This document shows, in pieces, positions 1-11,058 of a DNA stretch of 35,645 nucleotides. The translations under genes and the position numbers were made by a program. The stretch is from positions 28,521-64,165 of the forward strand of contig NIVC01001041.1 in NCBI GenBank assembly GCA_002269645.1. Reading direction: 5' to 3'. Numbering within the stretch: the first letter of the stretch is position 1; each line of letters begins with the position of its first letter. The stretch comes from Macrostomum lignano (taxonomy: Eukaryota). The notes under the pieces are model-generated. The model was not told the origin of the DNA, did not search any database, and was given only the letters and a program-made list of their open reading frames with translations.

Positions 1-496
<496 letters not shown>

Positions 497-544
497 TGCA
501 GAGTGAGGTGCATCGGAGACGCTGGAAAATTCAAAAACTGAGCG

Positions 545-885
545 CCCCCCGAGAGCCGAGGCCACGACTCACGGCAGTGTAAGAGTTTTGTCATTCGCTT
601 TTGAGTAAAAAACTCCAGCAAAGCGAATCTTCAGGTGCAAACGAATTTCTGGAAAAAATCCATCTAGCTGCTCTTCTCTTTAACGGCAAATGGTATTCTT
701 ATGAGTACTATGAGTAGCGTATTGTAAGCGATATTGTTTGCGGAGATTTAAAACTATTTTTGAACTGAACGACTATATGCCTACGAAAGCAAGAAGTGAT
801 GCAAGTTATGAAGTCATGAAGTGATTGGATTGATGGCAGCTGTTTTATTGGCGATTTTGAAGGTATTTTGGAAGGTATTTGCCAG
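545..885. mobile_element. Dispersed repeat head (unclassified), copy A, leading into the 36-bp minisatellite
   Basis: Roughly 90% similar by eye to 28548-28886. Shares GTAAGCGATATTGTTTGCGGAGATT with ~18797. No termini or transposase seen. Confidence 0.5.
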
Positions 886-1844
886 CCCTGCCTCTCACCC
901 TACATCTCAGCCTGTCTCTCTCCCTGCCCCTCACCCTACATCCCAGCCTTTCTCTCTCCCTGCCTCTCACCCTACATCCAGCCTGTCTCTCTCCCTGCCC
1001 CTCACCCTACATCCAGCCTGTCTCTCCCTGCCTCTCCCTACATCCCAGCCTGTCTCTCTCCTGCCTCACCCTACATCCCAGCCTGTCTCTCTCCCTGCCC
1101 TCACCCTACATCCCAGCCTGTCTCTCTCCTGCTTCTCACCCTACATCCCAGCCTTTCTCTCTCCCTGCCCCTCACCCTACATCCCAGCCTTTCTCTCTCC
1201 CTGCCTCACCCTACATCCCAGCCTGTCTCTCTCCCTGCCCTCACCCTACATCCCAGCCTTTCTCCTCCTGCTTCTCACCCTACATCCCAGCCTATCTCTC
1301 TTGTCCCTCACCCTACATCCCAGCCTGTCTCTCTCCCTGCCCTCACCCTACATCCCAGCCTGTCTCCCTCCCTGCTTCTCACCCTACATCCCAGCCTTTC
1401 TCTCTCCCTGCCCCTCACCCTACATCCCAGCCTTTCTCTCTCCCTGCCCCTCACCCTACATCCCAGCCTGTCTCTCTCCCTGCCCCTCACCCTACATCCC
1501 AGCCTGTCTCTCTCCCTGCCCCTCACCCTACATCCCAGCCTGTCTCTCTCCCTGCCCCTCACCCTACATCCCAGCCTGTCTCTCTCCCTGCCCTCACCCT
1601 ACATCCCAGCCTGTCTCTCTCCCTGCCCCTCACCCTACATCCCAGCCTGTCTCTCTCCCTGCCCTCACCCTACATCCCAGCCTTTCTCTCTCCGTGCCCC
1701 TCACCCTACATCCCAGCCTGTCTCTCTCCCTGCCCCTCACCCTACATCCCAGCCTTCTCTCCCTGCCCCTCACCCTACATCCGAGCCTGTCTCTCCCTGC
1801 CCCTCACCCTACATCCCAGCCTGTCTCTCCCTGCCCCTCTCCCT
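886..1844. repeat. 36-bp minisatellite (CCCTCACCCTACATCCCAGCCTGTCTCTCTCCCTGC), ~27 units
   Basis: Direct reading. The 12-aa periodicity (PCPSPYIPACLS) appears in all overlapping ORFs. Confidence 0.97.
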
Positions 1845-2368
1845 AATTCTAAACGCCCAATATGAGTGGGAGGCTCGCATCTGAAAACACGAAGTGCCGA
1901 ATATCAAAGGCAGTAAATTTTTGCTGAGAGCACAAGCGCAATGCAAAGCAGTGAATTGTTTGAGCGGGGCAGGGTTAGCGCTCACGCATCTTGTCTCTGT
2001 GCCGCTTTTAGGCAGCCATCAACCCCCCCCCCCTCCTAAAAAAGCATTTGCAGCGAGTCTTCTTTTGACACGCGTTCGCAGGCTGCCGGCTCGGCCCTTA
2101 AACCTCAGCTTCGCCATTGTCCTCTAGGCATTGAGCTCGGCTGGTCTGGAGCTGCTTGGATGGCTAGGGTCGGGGCGAGTAGAAGCAGGGTCAGTCTGTT
2201 GCACCGGATAAATAAATCCAAAGATTATCAAAGGTGGATTACAAAATGCACACCTGAACTGTGTATAAAGATTAGCAAAATAAACCGTGAGTACAAAATG
2301 CAAAATTATTAATAAATTTATAAATAAACTGCATTTGAGCACAAAGCGCCATTGATGAGGTGCCACAG

Positions 2369-2715
2369 CAGGGTGAAGTGAAGGCAGCAAAGTCAGACAC
2401 AAATTCATGCAGACTGCAGTCAAGCGAGCCATATTCAGTACTTGCAGTAGCACAGCTGGGTAAAGTGAAGGCAGCAAAGTCAGACACAAATTCATGCAGA
2501 CTGCAGTCAAGCGAGCCATATTCAGTACTTGCAGTAGCACAGCAGGGTAAAGTGAAGGCAGCAAAGTCAGACACAAATTCATGCAGATTGCAGTCAAGCG
2601 AGCCATATTCAGTACTTGCAGTAGCACAGCGGGTAAGTGAAGGCAGCAAAGTCAGACACAAATTCATGCAGATTGCAGTCAAGCGAGCCATATTCAGTAC
2701 TTGCAGTAGCACAGC
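2369..2715. repeat. 87-bp tandem repeat, 4 units
   Basis: Unit GGGTRAAGTGAAGGCAGCAAAGTCAGACACAAATTCATGCAG...GCAGTAGCACAGC, giving 29-aa periodicity in ORFs. Confidence 0.95.
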
Positions 2716-2941
2716 TGGCTGCACCGAGCTTTTCAATATCCAGGAACCGTTAAGAGTTCTGTGGCTTTTTTCGATAGTCCGACGCTGTACCACTGTGCTA
2801 CAACAGTATGCACACTGTGGGCATTTTGAGATGGCCAGCCAGCCCTGGGCCTTGAACCTCAAATTAATGTAACGGCACGCCGAATCCAAACACAGGTATT
2901 TTAAAGTCTACCATAACTTCAAACCGCAGGCAGTCATGTAC

Positions 2942-3191
2942 CGGCAACCAATACCATCAACGGTCCCTGCCTGAGCTGCTCCCACGGCTGGGGCCGCTGT
3001 TTCGGCCGCGCCATCTGCTGTCACCCCCACGGCGGATATCGCGTCGGCTTCGGCCCGGACACCGCCGCGTGTCGCCGTCTGCCAGCGAAAGTCCTTGGCT
3101 GCGGTCGCGTCGCCACCGTCTGTCTGGGAGGCAAGGGTCGCTGCGCTTCCAGAGGCATCTGCTGCACTGCTGGTAAGAAGCTGTTCCTTCT
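2942..3191 (-). CDS. Possible exon of an unidentified minus-strand gene (Ala/Gly/Thr-rich)
   Basis: GC-rich island in AT-rich surroundings. Open frame (EKEQLLTSSAADASGS...). Pyrimidine-rich acceptor-like TTTCTATTTGGTAG at its start, weak donor, no recognisable domain. Confidence 0.25.
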
Positions 3192-3816
3192 CTACCAAAT
3201 AGAAAGTTTCAAATAAAATATTTCACAATCCAGATATCTTTACTGACATTTTTTTCTATTTTAGATTCTTGCGAAACAATCAACGAGTGCAAAGACGTCA
3301 AGTTTGAAGTCAAGCGTTGATGCGAGACTTTCCAAATGTTTGACATAATATCTACATGCTAAAAAACATTAACTATTTTCGCGTAAGCTTGCTTTAATTC
3401 CCCAATTAGCCCATACAAAATAATAGCTTCTCTATGCGGATGTTAGCGGATATTGTGTTACATGAAATATTTACCCAATCAAATATACCACAGTAGCCCG
3501 TAGTCAAGCTACTAGGACACCCTGGCTGTATAGTTTAAAGTCTCAGCAGTCCTCTAAACCAAGCAATTAAAAAATAGCAATTTTAATGGATCATTTCTTT
3601 GATCAGGTAATTTTTTCAAAGCATCAATCCAAGGAAATTGAATCCAACTTTCAAATTCGTGCACAAATTGTGCGTGTCGTGGAAATTAAATTTCACTAAA
3701 TTTAAATCAGAAAATCAAGTATCATGACTGTCAAGTGACGAATTAATTATTGATTAGTTAAGTGGCGCGATATTTTTCGTCGACTGGGCACTAACGCGCG
3801 GTCTCTCCAGTGGCCA

Positions 3817-4033
3817 GTCACCCGTTAGATACTGATGTCACCTGTTAGATACTGGTGTCACCTTTTAGATACTGGTGTCTTCTGTTAGATACTGGTGTCA
3901 CCCGTTAGATACCGATGTCACCCGTTAGATACCGATGTCACCCGTTAGATACCGATGTCACCCGTTAGATACCGATGTCACCTGTTAGATACCGATGTCA
4001 CCCGTTAGATACTGATGTCACTTGTTAGATACT
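3817..4033. repeat. 20-bp minisatellite GTCACCTGTTAGATACTGAT
   Basis: Direct reading. The same unit recurs at 4315-4454, 4875-5096 and 6651-7158. Confidence 0.95.
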
Positions 4034-4225
4034 ATACTAGATCCTATATTATTACTATATTAGATGTAGTAACTCACACGGACTCCACTGGTTAAGTAAG
4101 TAAGAACTTCTTGAGAAAACTTGAGCGACTGCTAGTTAGCGCACGCGCATATATATTTAATAAGCAAGACGTACATTAGTACACGATACACGTACACGCG
4201 AGGACGAGCAATCAATGAGGTGTAT

Positions 4226-5360
4226 TTACGAGCTACTTAAGCAATAATCAACGTGCCCACGCAACCCTACACCCCAAGCAACCTCAGATCAGTCCAGTGG
4301 CACTTTGCCACAGATGTCACCTGTTAGATACTGGTGTAACCTGTTAGATACTGGTGTAACCTGTTAGATACTGGTGTAACCTGTTAGATATTGGTGTCAA
4401 ATGTTAGATACCGAGGTCACCTGTTAGATACTGATGTCACCTGTTAGATACTGACTAGCAATCTTCGCCCCCGATGGGGGGCATCTAGATAAAATCTCTA
4501 GCTCTCTACAAGTATCAAAAAGACGGCCAAATAAAGCCTTCACATAGACAATAGAAAAACTGCTCAAATGAAGTGCAATGCAAAAAGAAAACATCCCAGG
4601 ACAGCAAGCAACCCCCCAGATAGCAAGCACCCCCAGATAGCAAGCATCTCCAGATAGCAGGCACCCCAGATAGCAAGCATCCACCTAATAGCAAGCACCC
4701 CCAGATAGCAAGCACTCCAAGATAGCAGGCACCCCAGATAGCAAGCATCCACCTAATAGCAAGCACCCCCAGATAGCTAGAACCCCTTACGAGCTACTTA
4801 AGCAATAATCAACGTGCCCACGCAACCCTACACCCCAAGCAACCTCAGATCAGTCCAGTGGCACTTTGCCACAGATGTCACCTGTTAGATACTGGTGTAA
4901 CCTGTTAGATACTGGTGTAACCTGTTAGATATTGGTGTCACCTGTTAGATACCCAGGTCACCTGTTAGATACTGATGTCACCTGTTAGATATTGATGTCA
5001 CGTGTTAGATATTGATGTCACCTGTGAGATACTGATGTCACTTGTTAGATACTGATGTCACCTGTTAGATACTGATGTCACCTGTTAGATACTGACTAGC
5101 AATCTTCGCCCCCCGATGGGGGGCATCTAGATAGAATCTCTAGCTCTCTACAAGTATCAAAAAGACGGCCAAATAAAGCCTTCACATAGACAATAGAAAA
5201 ACTGCTCAAATGAAGTGTAATGCAAAAAGAAAACATCCCAGGACAGCAAGCAACCCCCCAGATAGCAAGCACCCCCAGATAGCAAGCATCTCCAGATAGC
5301 AGGCACCCCAGATAGCAAGCATCCACCTAATAGCAAGCACCCCCAGATAGCTAGAACCCC
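4226..5360. repeat. ~560-bp composite direct duplication (unique head + 20-mer array + hairpin spacer + 16-18-mer array), 2 units
   Basis: TTACGAGCTACTTAAGCAATAATC at ~4226 and ~4787. Both units run to CAGATAGCTAGAACCCC. Confidence 0.9.
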
Positions 5361-5517
5361 CAAGATAGCAAGCATCCCCCCCAGATAGCAAGCACCCCCA
5401 GATAGCACGCATCTCCAGATAGCAAGCACTCCAAGATAGCAGGCACCCCAGATAGCAAGCATCCACCTAATAGCAAGCACCCCCAGATAGCAAGCACTCC
5501 AAGATAGTAGGCACCCC
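4605..5517. repeat. 16-18-bp minisatellite (AGATAGCAAGCACCCCC variants) in two blocks, 4605-4787 and 5245-5517
   Basis: Direct reading. Source of the ACYLG/LAIW pseudo-ORFs. Confidence 0.9.
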
Positions 5518-5519
5518 AT

Positions 5520-6082
5520 TTATGTTTGACATGGTAGCTGTTTTGTGTTTGACATGGTGGCTCTTTAATGTTTGACCTGGTGGCATCTTAATGTCTGTAA
5601 TGATGGCTCTTTAATGTTCGACATGGTGCTCTTTTATGTTCGACATGGTGGCTCTTTAATGTTTGACATGGTGGCTCTTTTATGTTTGACATGGTGGCTT
5701 TTTAATGTTTGACCTGGTGGCATCTTAATGTCTGCAATGATGGCTCTTTAATGTCTGACATGGAGTCACTTATACGCTTGACATGGTGACTCGTTGATGT
5801 TTGACATAGTGGCTCTTTTATGTTCGACATGGTGGCTCTTTAATGTTTGACCTGGTGGCACCTTAATGTCTGTAATGATGGCTTCTTAATGTTCACCATG
5901 GTGGCTCTTTAATGTTCGACATGATGGCTCTTTAATGTTCGACATGATGGCTCTTTAATGTTCGACATGGTGGCTCTTTAATGTTTGACATGGTGGCTCT
6001 TTAATGTTAGACATGGAGTCACATATATGTTTGACATGGTGGCCTTTAATGTTTGAAATGGTGCCACTTTTGTTTGACATTG
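5520..6082. repeat. Degenerate ~23-bp minisatellite ATGTTTGACATGGTGGCTCTTTA
   Basis: Direct reading. Confidence 0.92.
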
Positions 6083-6139
6083 TGCTTCTTTTATGCTTAG
6101 CATTTTGTTTTTAAGATGTTTTAATAAAAAAATTATTTT

Positions 6140-6210
6140 GCACTACTTAGATTCGAACCCAGGTCGCTGAATTAGCAGTCCAGTCTGTTCGCATCTATGC
6201 TATCTCTTGT
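6140..6210 (-). pseudogene. tRNA-derived element (tRNA pseudogene or SINE head) with GCT anticodon-like arm
   Basis: Minus strand reads TAGCATAGATG (A-box-like), CTGGA-CTGCTAA-TTCAG (5-bp stem, 7-nt loop) and GGGTTCGAATC (B-box), followed by an oligo-T tract about 10 nt later. The acceptor stem does not pair. Confidence 0.6.
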
Positions 6211-6650
6211 CGATTGGAGAACATGAATTGTGGCCCTTATAATTCATTCTTATAGCAAATCGGTTAGAGTAAAAAGTTATGACATAATCAATTTCTCAGT
6301 CAGCCAGTATCAGTCTCAATTTAAGTTAGCAATATGGTTACGCAATTTAAATCAAGTCGTGTGTGCATTTCTTTGGCACTGTTTTCAACTTGCTGTGATG
6401 CAATCTTTATCAGAATTGAAATTCAGTCAGTCAGGTTTTTCTCTAGCATTTTTACAATGCATTTCAGGTCGAAAGAGCTGCTTGACCTTTGCAGAAAATC
6501 AGTTTTTTCGAATATTTAATTCCTTTAATATTGATCAATTTCTTAGCCAAGATGCATGCACCATCCCAGGAAAATTTCTGATCGAATGGTGCAAGTTTGA
6601 AGAGAATCGGTTGAGCCATTCTCGAAAAAATCAATTACACGCACGCACGA

Positions 6651-7158
6651 TACTGATGTCACCTGTTAGATACTGATGTCACCTGTTAGATAATGGTGTC
6701 ACGTGTTTGATACCGATATCGCCTGTTAGATACTGATGTCACTTGTATGATACTGATGTCACCTGTTAGATACTGATGTCACCTGTTAGATAATGGTGTC
6801 ACGTGTTTGATACCGATATCGCCTGTTAGATACTGATGTCACTTGTATGATACTGATGTCACCTGTTAGATACTGACGTCACCTGTTAGATACTGACGTC
6901 ACCTGTTAGATAAAGAAGTCACGTATTAGATACTGATGTCAGCTGTGAGACACTTATGTCACCTGTTAGATATCGATGTCACCTGTTAGATACTGATGTC
7001 ACCTTTTTGATACTGATGTCACCTGTTAGATACTGATGTCACCTGTTAGATACTGGTGTCACCTGTTAGATACTGACGTCACCTGTTAGATACTAGAGTG
7101 ACATGTTAGACACTGATGTCACCTGTTAGATACTGACGTCACCTGTTAGATACTGACT
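6651..7158. repeat. 20-bp minisatellite GTCACCTGTTAGATACTGAT, ~25 units
   Basis: Direct reading. Confidence 0.95.
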
Positions 7159-7769
7159 TAAAGTGTCGCTGGCAAACCCAAGCGACCATTCTCCATCTGT
7201 TTCGAGTTCAGCAACAAAAAATCCTCAGTTATAAGCATTTTTCTGCAAAATTTTTGCCATACAATTGCAAACTGAATTGAAAATCGTCAGAGAGCTCCGC
7301 TTGGTTTCCAGGCCTCAGCCCTGCCCTCCCTCCCCCCTCCATCTCTCTCCCCTCGTGTCTCAGCTGCCGCCCCTTCACCCCTGCCCACTGGCAATGCACT
7401 TGCTATGCCGAGCACGCAGCCACAGTCAGCTCTCATTGTTTAAATCAGCAGAGCTCGCAGCATCTCACTGCTCCTGCATCTCTCACCCCGCTGAGCAGAG
7501 CAGCTGCCGGGCCCCCTGGCACCCAATCAGCCCTCAAACTCAGCCGCTGGTCAGAGAAGAGAATCGGCCTCAGTCCATTTAAACAAATTTCTCTGCACAG
7601 GGAGAGCTCAGAGATTTCAGTCCGTGACAGCCGGACTTTTGCTGCTGCTGCTGAGCTGGCAGGCAAATTCGCTTGAAGAAGAGCAAAGCACTCAGTTTGA
7701 AGCCGTGTGGAACAGCTGCGGCAGACAGCAGATCGGTAGAGAAGCGCTGCTAGGAGAAGCTGTGTAGCC

Positions 7770-9330
7770 ATGGCAACAGAGATGAAGCGGAAGCTGAGAG
7801 CGGCGCTGGAGGCTGGAGACAGCGAGGAGCTGCAGCGACTGTGCGGTGAGGTCGGCAGCAACATCGAGCTGGAGGTGGGCGGGTTCGACAAGCAAGACTA
7901 TCCCTTTGAAGAGCTTCACAAAATGCCGCTGGCCCAACACGTGGCTTGCAAGCCGGTGAGCTCGTCGTGCCTGGAGCTGCTGATTGACAGATTCGGAACC
8001 GGCTGTCTGACACGTGGAAATGGTAGAGGGCAGACTCCAGTGCACTTGGCTGCCCAGCATCAGGACGAATCTTGGATGGAGCTGGTTAAAGAGAAGGGAG
8101 GCAGAGGCTGCTTGAGAATTGCCGCTAAAAATGGAGAGACAGTCGCTCACTTTGCCGCTATGAACAGAAAAAGCAACTCTTGTCTGAAGTGGCTGGTGAA
8201 GGAGCTCGGCAGCGACTGTCTCACAGTTCCTGACGAAGACGGTACCACGGGCGTCCATTTGGCCGCTCAGCATCAGGGCATCGAGTCGCTGGAGTGGATC
8301 AAGAGACAGATCGGAACTGACTGCTTTCGGCTGAAGGGAGAATGTGATACAACAGCATTTCACTTTGCTGCTGTGAAGTCTGACAATTCAAATCTGAAGT
8401 GGCTGGTGAAAGAGCTCGCAGCGACTGTCTCACAGTTCCTTACAAATACGGGAACAAGGCCGTCCATTTGGCCGCTGAGCATCAGGGCATCGAGTCGCTG
8501 GAGTGGATCAAGAGACAGATCGGAACTGACTGCTTTCGGCTGAAGGGAGATGGTGATAGAACGGCATTTCACATTGCTGCTCAGAAGTCTGACAATTCAA
8601 TGCTGAAGTGGCTGGTGAAGGAGCTCGGCAGCGACTGTCTCACAGTTCCTGACTCTAGAGGTGACACGGCCGTCCATTTGGCCGCTCAGCATCAGAGCAT
8701 CGAGTCGCTGGAGTGGATCAAGAGACAGATCGGAACTGACTGCTTTCGGCTGAAGGGAGATGGTGATAGAACGGCATTTCACATTGCTGCTCAGAAGTCT
8801 GACAATTCAATGCTGAAGTGGCTGGTGAAGGAGCTCGGCAGCGACTGTCTCACAGTTCCTGACTCTAGAGGTGACACGGCCGTCCATTTGGCCGCTGAGC
8901 ATCAGAGCATCGAGTCGCTGGAGTGGATCAAGAGACAGATCGGAACTGACTGCTTTCGGCTGAAGGGAGATGATGATAGAACAGCATTTCACTTTGCTGC
9001 TAAGAAGTCTGACAATTCAAATCTGGAGTGGCTGGTGAAGGAGCTCGGCAGCGACTGTCTCACAGTTCCTGACTCTAGAGGTGACACGGCCGTCCATTTG
9101 GCCGCTCAGTGGCAGCCAGTCGACTCTCTTCAGTTCATTTTTGACCAAATCGGAGCCGAAATGCTCGGCTTGAAGAACAACGAGGGCAAAACACCGGCTG
9201 ATTATGTTGAGAGTTATTGCTACTTTAGAGACCAGTCAGCAAAGCGGGCCTGGATTTCCTCCACGCAGCGGCAGCTCGAAGCCTCTCGGCCTCCCGCTGG
9301 CAGCTCAGCGCCGACTGCCGCCTCAGCTGG
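7770..9330 (+). CDS. Ankyrin-repeat Ser/Thr kinase, exon 1 (ankyrin-repeat array; 1-bp frameshift at ~8418)
   Basis: ATG in GCCATGG context. Repeated GxTxxHxAA ankyrin motifs across ORFs 7770..8543 and 8399..9334, which join if one G is restored in CTCG(G)CAGC. Donor GG|GTGAGT at 9330/9331 (phase 2). Confidence 0.88.
8191..9110 (+). repeat. 210-bp coding tandem repeat (two 35-aa ankyrin repeats per unit), 4 full units plus a partial
   Basis: GGCTGGTGAA(G/A)GAGCTCG at 8191, 8401, 8610, 8820 and 9030. Confidence 0.95.
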
Positions 9331-9484
9331 GTGAGTCCTGACTGAGAGCTGCTGCCTGACACTGAAAATTCTGAAAATGTTTTTTGGCGAAAATTCATTG
9401 AAATTCATTGCTTTGATGATCGGCGCCCTGAAATTCTCAGCAGCGCCGCAGTCAAGCGAGGGTGTCATGAATCTGTCAGTACAG

Positions 9485-9720
9485 CTCCTCATGGCGCCCC
9501 CAACCTCTACATGGCGCCTCCAACCTCCCCATGGCGCCCCCAACCTCCCCATGGCGCCCCAACCTCCCCATGGCGCCTCCAACCTCCTCATGGCGCCTCC
9601 AACCTCCCCATGGCGCCCCCAACCTCCCCATGGCGCCTTAAACCTCTTCATGGCGCCTCCAACCTCCCAACGCGTCTCCAATCTCCCCATGGCGCCTCCA
9701 ACCTCCCTATGGGCCCACAA
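9485..9720. repeat. ~20-bp intronic minisatellite CCAACCTCCCCATGGCGCCT (intron 1)
   Basis: Direct reading. Confidence 0.92.
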
Positions 9721-10044
9721 CCCCCACCCACAGCTCAATCTGCAGTTTTTAAACACAAAGCATCAGCGAGTGCAAGTGCCATCAAACTCTCCGAAGTTTC
9801 AAACTCTCCGATTTTAGTAGGAATGTACTTGGTGTGATGTTCAAAATATTGGCACTTGAATGATTTGAGAGCCTCCAATCTCTTCGTGGCGCCGCAATCT
9901 CCCGATCGCGCCCCAATGTCCATATAGCGCCACCCAAAGCTCAATCTGCAGGGGCTTTTTATACACGAAGCATTAGCAGAGTTTAAGTGCCGTCTTGGCG
10001 ACCCAGACATTTTTAACGGCTCACTCGTAAAACTCTTCCTACAG

Positions 10045-10131
10045 CGCTGCAGCTCCGCGTCCCCGCCCACGAGCTCGACAGAGCGTCCAGCCGCCTGGGC
10101 CGACTCCGGTCGGACTGCCTGAAAAGACTCG
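10045..10131 (+). CDS. Ankyrin-repeat kinase, exon 2 (87-bp Pro/Arg-rich linker)
   Basis: Acceptor CTCTTCCTACAG|C and donor CG|GTGAGA. Phase 2-2, open (AAAPRPRPRARQSVQPPGPTPVGLPEKT), and in frame with exons 1 and 3. Confidence 0.65.
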
Positions 10132-10244
10132 GTGAGAAATGATGAGGCGACAGTTAGTGAACTCATCAGAACCTGCAGTCTGAGCGCAGGCAACCAGCCA
10201 AAAGGCACCTGGCTCTTCACGGCGCCCGAGGATGCTCATGACAA

Positions 10245-10986
10245 AAGGGTGGTGACGCAGAAGGGTGGTGACGCAGAAGGGTGGTGACGCAGAAGGGTGG
10301 TGACGCAGAAGGGTTGTGACGCAGAAGGGTGGTGACGCAGAAGGGTGGTGACGCAGAAGGGTGGTGACGCAGAAGGGTGGTGACGCAGAAGGGTGGTGAC
10401 GCAGAAGGGTGGTGACGCAGAAGGGTGGTGACGCAGAAGGGTTGTGACGCAGAAGGGTGGTGACGCAGAAGGGTGGTGACGCAGAAGGGTGGTGACGCAG
10501 AAGGGTGGTGACGCAGAAGGGTGGTGACGCAGAAGGGTGGTGACGCAGAAGGGTGGTGACGCAGAAGGGTGGTGCGCAGAAGGGTGGTGACGCAGAAGGG
10601 TGGTGACGCAGAAGGGTGGTGACGCAGAAGGGTGGTGACGCAGAAGGGTTGTGACGCAGAAGGGTGGTGACGCAGAAGGGTGGTGACGCAGAAGGGTGGT
10701 GACGCAGAAGGCTGGTGACGCAGAAGGTTGGTGACGCAGAAGGGTGGTGACGCAGAAGGGTGGTTGACGCAGAAGGCTGGTGACGCAGAAGGGTGGTGAC
10801 GCATAAGGATGGTGACGCATTAGAGTAGTGACGCAGAAGGGTGGTGACGCAGAAGGGTGGTGACGCAGAAGGGTGGTGACGCAGAAGGGTGGTGACGCAG
10901 AAGGGTGGTGACGCAGAAGGGTGGTGACGCAGAAGGGTGGTTGACGCAGAAGGCTGGTGACGCATAAGAGTAGTGACGCAGAAGGC
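10245..10986. repeat. 16-bp intronic minisatellite GGGTGGTGACGCAGAA, ~46 units (intron 2)
   Basis: Direct reading. Confidence 0.96.
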
Positions 10987-11058
10987 TGAGTGACTCCAAA
11001 GTACTCAGAAAGCCCCAAGCAACACAAAATTCATCAATTCCTTCATTTCATGTTTCAG

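Noticed and set aside
6140-6210. Functional tRNA-Ser(GCT)
   Set aside because: There is no acceptor-stem pairing, the T-stem is mismatched, and the long variable arm of Ser tRNAs is missing.
6230-6676. 148-aa ORF (and its duplicate 34523..34969)
   Set aside because: AT-rich, no ATG start, no recognisable motif, and it ends in a satellite.
7692-8992. Minus-strand ORFs over the ankyrin exon and kinase exons
   Set aside because: Antisense shadows of the real coding frame.
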